Shown piece after piece: positions 24,389 to 27,127 of a stretch of DNA of 27,127 nt (the first letter of the stretch is position 1; each line of letters opens with the position of its first letter). The notes beneath the pieces are model-generated. The model was not told the origin of the DNA and did not search any database. It saw nothing but the letters and a program-made list of their open reading frames with translations. A program made the position numbers and the translations under genes. The DNA comes from a virus (lineage: Duplodnaviria; Caudoviricetes): the IMG/VR virus record IMGVR_UViG_3300027863_000148, positions 1 to 27,127 of that record; one strand, given 5' to 3'.

Positions 24389-25386
24389 GCAGATACCTCG
24401 TGTCGGGCGGATGTGGCTTCATTGGATCGCACCTTTGCGATAAGTTGATCGCTGACGGGCACTCAGTCGTCTGTGTGGATGACCTGTCGACCGGATCGCA
24501 ATCGAACATCGGCCAGCACGCACGCAACCCGAAGTTCACGCTGGTGGTGGCAGACTGTGGGGATCGCTCGGTCATGGAACCGCTTGTAGAGTGGGCCGAT
24601 GGGGTGTTCCACGTCGCCGCGGTTGTTGGAATGAAGCTGGCCGTGGCACAGCCCCTGAAGTGCCTGAACAAGAACGTGCTGGGAGCGCACAACGTCATCG
24701 ACCTGTGCAGTCGGTACAAGAAGGAGCTACTGCTGGCATCGACGTCCGAGGTGTATGGGCATAGCAACGCCTGTCCGACGCCCGAGACGAGTGGTTGCGT
24801 GTTTGGGCAGGTGAACTACAAGCGGTGGAGCTACGCCGCCTCGAAGATGATCGACGAGTTCTTCGCACTTGCATACCATGAGGAGACCGGCCTGCGAGTG
24901 CGGGTGGTGCGGATCTTCAACACCGTGGGTCCGAGGCAGTCCGACGCGTACGGCATGGTGATCCCGACGTTTGTGCAGCGGGCGATCGACGGCCAGACGT
25001 TGCTGGTTCACGGAGATGGCAAGCAGAGACGCACGTTCGGTCATGTTTCAGACGTGGTCTGGGCTTTGCAGGCACTGATGAAGTCGGAGGCTGCCGTAGG
25101 CCAGGTGGTGAACGTAGGTGGAGCAGATGAGGTCACGATTGGCGAGCTTGCCCTGCGGGTACTGGACATGACTCGGTCGCCCTCGAAGATCGAGTACGTC
25201 CCGTTCGACCAGGCGTATGTGCCTGGCTTCGAGGAGATCGACCGTCGTGTGCCTGACCTGACGAAGCTGAGGTTCTTGACCGGGTATCAGCCGAAACTGA
25301 ACCTCGAGTACGTCATCCGCCAGGTCATCGACGAGAGGCGTGGGATCTTGCAATCGCTTGCAACGACGAGGAGGGAGGGGAACTGA
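24385..25386 (+). CDS. NAD-dependent nucleotide-sugar epimerase/dehydratase/decarboxylase (extended SDR)
   Basis: GGCGFIG; DDLSTG; ASTSEVYG; YAASK; RIFNTVGPRQ; GDGKQRRTF. Confidence 0.9.
   Translation: MSRYLVSGGCGFIGSHLCDKLIADGHSVVCVDDLSTGSQSNIGQHARNPKFTLVVADCGDRSVMEPLVEWADGVFHVAAVVGMKLAVAQPLKCLNKNVLGAHNVIDLCSRYKKELLLASTSEVYGHSNACPTPETSGCVFGQVNYKRWSYAASKMIDEFFALAYHEETGLRVRVVRIFNTVGPRQSDAYGMVIPTFVQRAIDGQTLLVHGDGKQRRTFGHVSDVVWALQALMKSEAAVGQVVNVGGADEVTIGELALRVLDMTRSPSKIEYVPFDQAYVPGFEEIDRRVPDLTKLRFLTGYQPKLNLEYVIRQVIDERRGILQSLATTRREGN
25349..25362 (+). repeat. 14-bp motif, copy 12
   Basis: Exact match, 16-bp extended form. Confidence 0.9.
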
Positions 25387-25387
25387 G

Positions 25388-25711
25388 ATGGCACAGCCCG
25401 TATTCAGACATGGAGTGAACCGGCAGAAGGTAAGGCGGGTGGAACGGATCACCGAGCAGTTCGGTAAGATGGTCGCCAGCCGTGTGAAGAACATGATCAA
25501 CGCAGGAGTCATCGACATCGATGCCGAGACCGAGCCCACGCTCGGCAACCTGCTCTCCTTGAGGAAGAAGCTGGTGGAGGCCGTCAAGAAGGGCATGCTC
25601 GAACGCAGGGACCAAGAGGAACGGATCGGACTGCTTGCTGCGTTGGTCTGGTGGAACCGACAGGAAGAGGACGTAAGGCACCGCATCGAACAGTCAGACC
25701 TGAGAGGTTAG
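25388..25711 (+). CDS. Hypothetical protein (107 aa)
   Basis: GGAGGG SD; abuts the previous stop. Confidence 0.65.
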   Translation: MAQPVFRHGVNRQKVRRVERITEQFGKMVASRVKNMINAGVIDIDAETEPTLGNLLSLRKKLVEAVKKGMLERRDQEERIGLLAALVWWNRQEEDVRHRIEQSDLRG

Positions 25712-25735
25712 CCATGAACGACGAAGAGAAACGAG

Positions 25736-25942
25736 GTGGTGGCGATGATGACCTGGGACATGATCAAGAGGGTATTGGGAATGCCAAGTACCCGGCCCCG
25801 AATGTGCGTCGACGTGGCGAGGGATGGGAGCGAGAGTACGACGGTAACGGTACACCGCCAGATCCCTCCTGTCTCGACCCGACTGATTGAGTGTAGAGAT
25901 TGTAGGTTTTACAGCGCGGGGAACGATGAGGCACCTGTGTGA
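25736..25942 (+). CDS. Small hypothetical protein with a CRDC motif
   Basis: GAGGTG SD; the overlapping frame 25714-25890 is an alternative. Confidence 0.4.
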   Translation: MVAMMTWDMIKRVLGMPSTRPRMCVDVARDGSESTTVTVHRQIPPVSTRLIECRDCRFYSAGNDEAPV

Positions 25943-25969
25943 TCAGAATCCGCAGGAAGGAGAAGGTCG

Positions 25970-26338
25970 ATGAGTGAAGAGGTAAACCACAGATGCTGGC
26001 CGCTCGTCTGCGCCGAGTGTGGCAGGGAGTTTGTGGAAGGGGACAAGTACCTGGTGGTACAGACCGTCGTCCTGAAGAAGGCCGGGTACTTCGCTAACCT
26101 GGTGCAGGTGGTGGAGGAAAAGATCGTATGCGAGGTCGACTGCGCGACGGAGTTCATCGAAGATGTCGACGATCTGCCCATGGAGCCGGTGGAGTCGGTG
26201 GAGCCGGTGGAGCCGGTGGAGTCAGTTACGAGGAAGAGAAGGACCGATCTGTCCGAGTGGTCGAAGAACGCTTTGGCCGCAGGGAGGAGAACGTATATCA
26301 AGGACCTTGAGGCGGAGGAGGCAAGAGTCAATGCGTGA
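25970..26338 (+). CDS. Hypothetical Cys-motif protein with EPV/ESV repeats
   Basis: AAGGAG SD; CAEC...CEVDC. Confidence 0.65.
   Translation: MSEEVNHRCWPLVCAECGREFVEGDKYLVVQTVVLKKAGYFANLVQVVEEKIVCEVDCATEFIEDVDDLPMEPVESVEPVEPVESVTRKRRTDLSEWSKNALAAGRRTYIKDLEAEEARVNA
26181..26225 (+). repeat. Five tandem 9-bp units (TGGAGYCRG), coding
   Basis: Directly visible; encodes EPVESVEPVEPVESV. Confidence 0.85.
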
Positions 26339-26525
26339 TGTGCTGCCGTGCGGTCACGGTTACGCCTGGGTACTCCTGAAGCAAGATGGGTATCAGTTGA
26401 TGCGGTGTCAGACTTGCCGCAAGCTCTACGTTCTGACGCCGGAGAACGAGTTCATCCCGGTGGAGACGGTTCTGAAGCTAAGAGACTTGGTCGCCGGAGG
26501 AAGGAATGGAGAAGGCCGCACCTAA
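26331..26525 (+). CDS. Small Zn-ribbon-like protein (64 aa)
   Basis: GGAGGAGG SD; CGH...CQTC. Confidence 0.6.
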   Translation: MRDVLPCGHGYAWVLLKQDGYQLMRCQTCRKLYVLTPENEFIPVETVLKLRDLVAGGRNGEGRT

Positions 26526-26676
26526 CCCGTACCGATGGACCGGAATCCCGAGAGCCTGTTCCACCTGCAAGATGGAGGTCATAGTCTACACGACCGAATA
26601 CACGCCGGGAGAGACCTGGCCGAGAGTCCCAGATTTCAAGTTCTGCCCGTTTTGTGGGAACGAAATGTCCAGATAG
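26506..26676 (+). CDS. 56-aa Zn-ribbon protein (CSTC...CPFCG), below the ORF-track cutoff
   Basis: GGAGG at 26496-26500; ATG 26506 to TAG 26676. Confidence 0.65.
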   Translation: MEKAAPNPYRWTGIPRACSTCKMEVIVYTTEYTPGETWPRVPDFKFCPFCGNEMSR

Positions 26677-26781
26677 AACACCGTGGTGGGAGGCAGATAT
26701 GTATCCTGAGTCTGTCTCCTGTCAGCCTTACAGAAAGCCTATAGTCAGGCCCCTCCAGAGCCCCTCTCTCGACAGTTAGAA

Positions 26782-26811
26782 AAGTTACGTAAGTTTGGTA
26801 AGTTACGTAAG
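26782..26811. repeat. Direct repeat AAGTTACGTAAG x2, each with a TTACGTAA palindrome
   Basis: Copies at 26782-26793 and 26800-26811. Confidence 0.75.
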
Positions 26812-27043
26812 AAAAAGTCGGCGGGAAGATGACTATAAGTAGCATGCCCAAGCAAGACTCCCAGATATGCCATTCTGATGAGTTCCCTCATGCCGGAACC
26901 CTGTGGTGGGAGGGACAGCACAATCCTGTATAGAAGGAACAGACCACAATGACCAATGACCATGACCAGGATAGGGACACTAAGAGGATAGTATGAACAA
27001 AGAACCTGCATGGAACCCCTGCCCAGACTGAATGACTGCCGAA

Positions 27044-27127
27044 TGACACTGACTGACCCTGACTGACACTGACTGACTACCGGATACACTGACTGACTAC
27101 CGGATACATTGATTGACTACCGGATAC
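27044..27127 (+). repeat. Tandem repeat tract: 10-bp TGAC(A/C)CTGAC units, then three 20-bp ACTGACTGACTACCGGATAC units; truncated by the window end
   Basis: 20-bp units at 27068, 27088 and 27108 (the last has 2 mismatches). Confidence 0.85.

Noticed and set aside
25800-25856. CVDVARDGSESTTV resembling a terminase nuclease motif
   Set aside because: Too short, and in an uncertain small ORF.
234-27089. Many minus-strand and alternative-frame ORFs, some over 300 aa (e.g. 6386-7390, 14017-15057, 15071-16198, 20697-21833)
   Set aside because: They overlap well-supported + strand genes, lack recognisable motifs, and are expected shadows in GC-rich coding DNA.
27044-27127. Possible CRISPR array
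   Set aside because: Units are directly adjacent with no unique spacers.

Overview
A 27-kb segment of a large tailed-phage (or prophage) genome, with all credible genes on the + strand. The left half is a replication/recombination module: primase, gp32-like SSB, SF2 helicase, RecA, three nucleases, a ThyA-family enzyme and a Ycf46-like AAA ATPase. The right half interleaves sugar-nucleotide and glycosyltransferase genes with a ParB-N protein and the terminase genes, then ends in small Zn-ribbon ORFs and a non-coding tandem-repeat tract cut off by the window edge. Selfish elements make up about 4.8 kb (about 18%): four inteins (primase, helicase, RecA, TerL) and an HNH-carrying IA2-like group I intron that splits the SSB gene. 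The main unexplained signal is a 14-bp near-palindrome, TGCAATCGCTTGCA, present 12 times. It occurs in all three reading frames, inside two inteins and the intron ORF, and at a fixed 8 or 19 bp upstream of three related sigma70-type promoters. All calls come from reading motifs by eye; no database searches were run.
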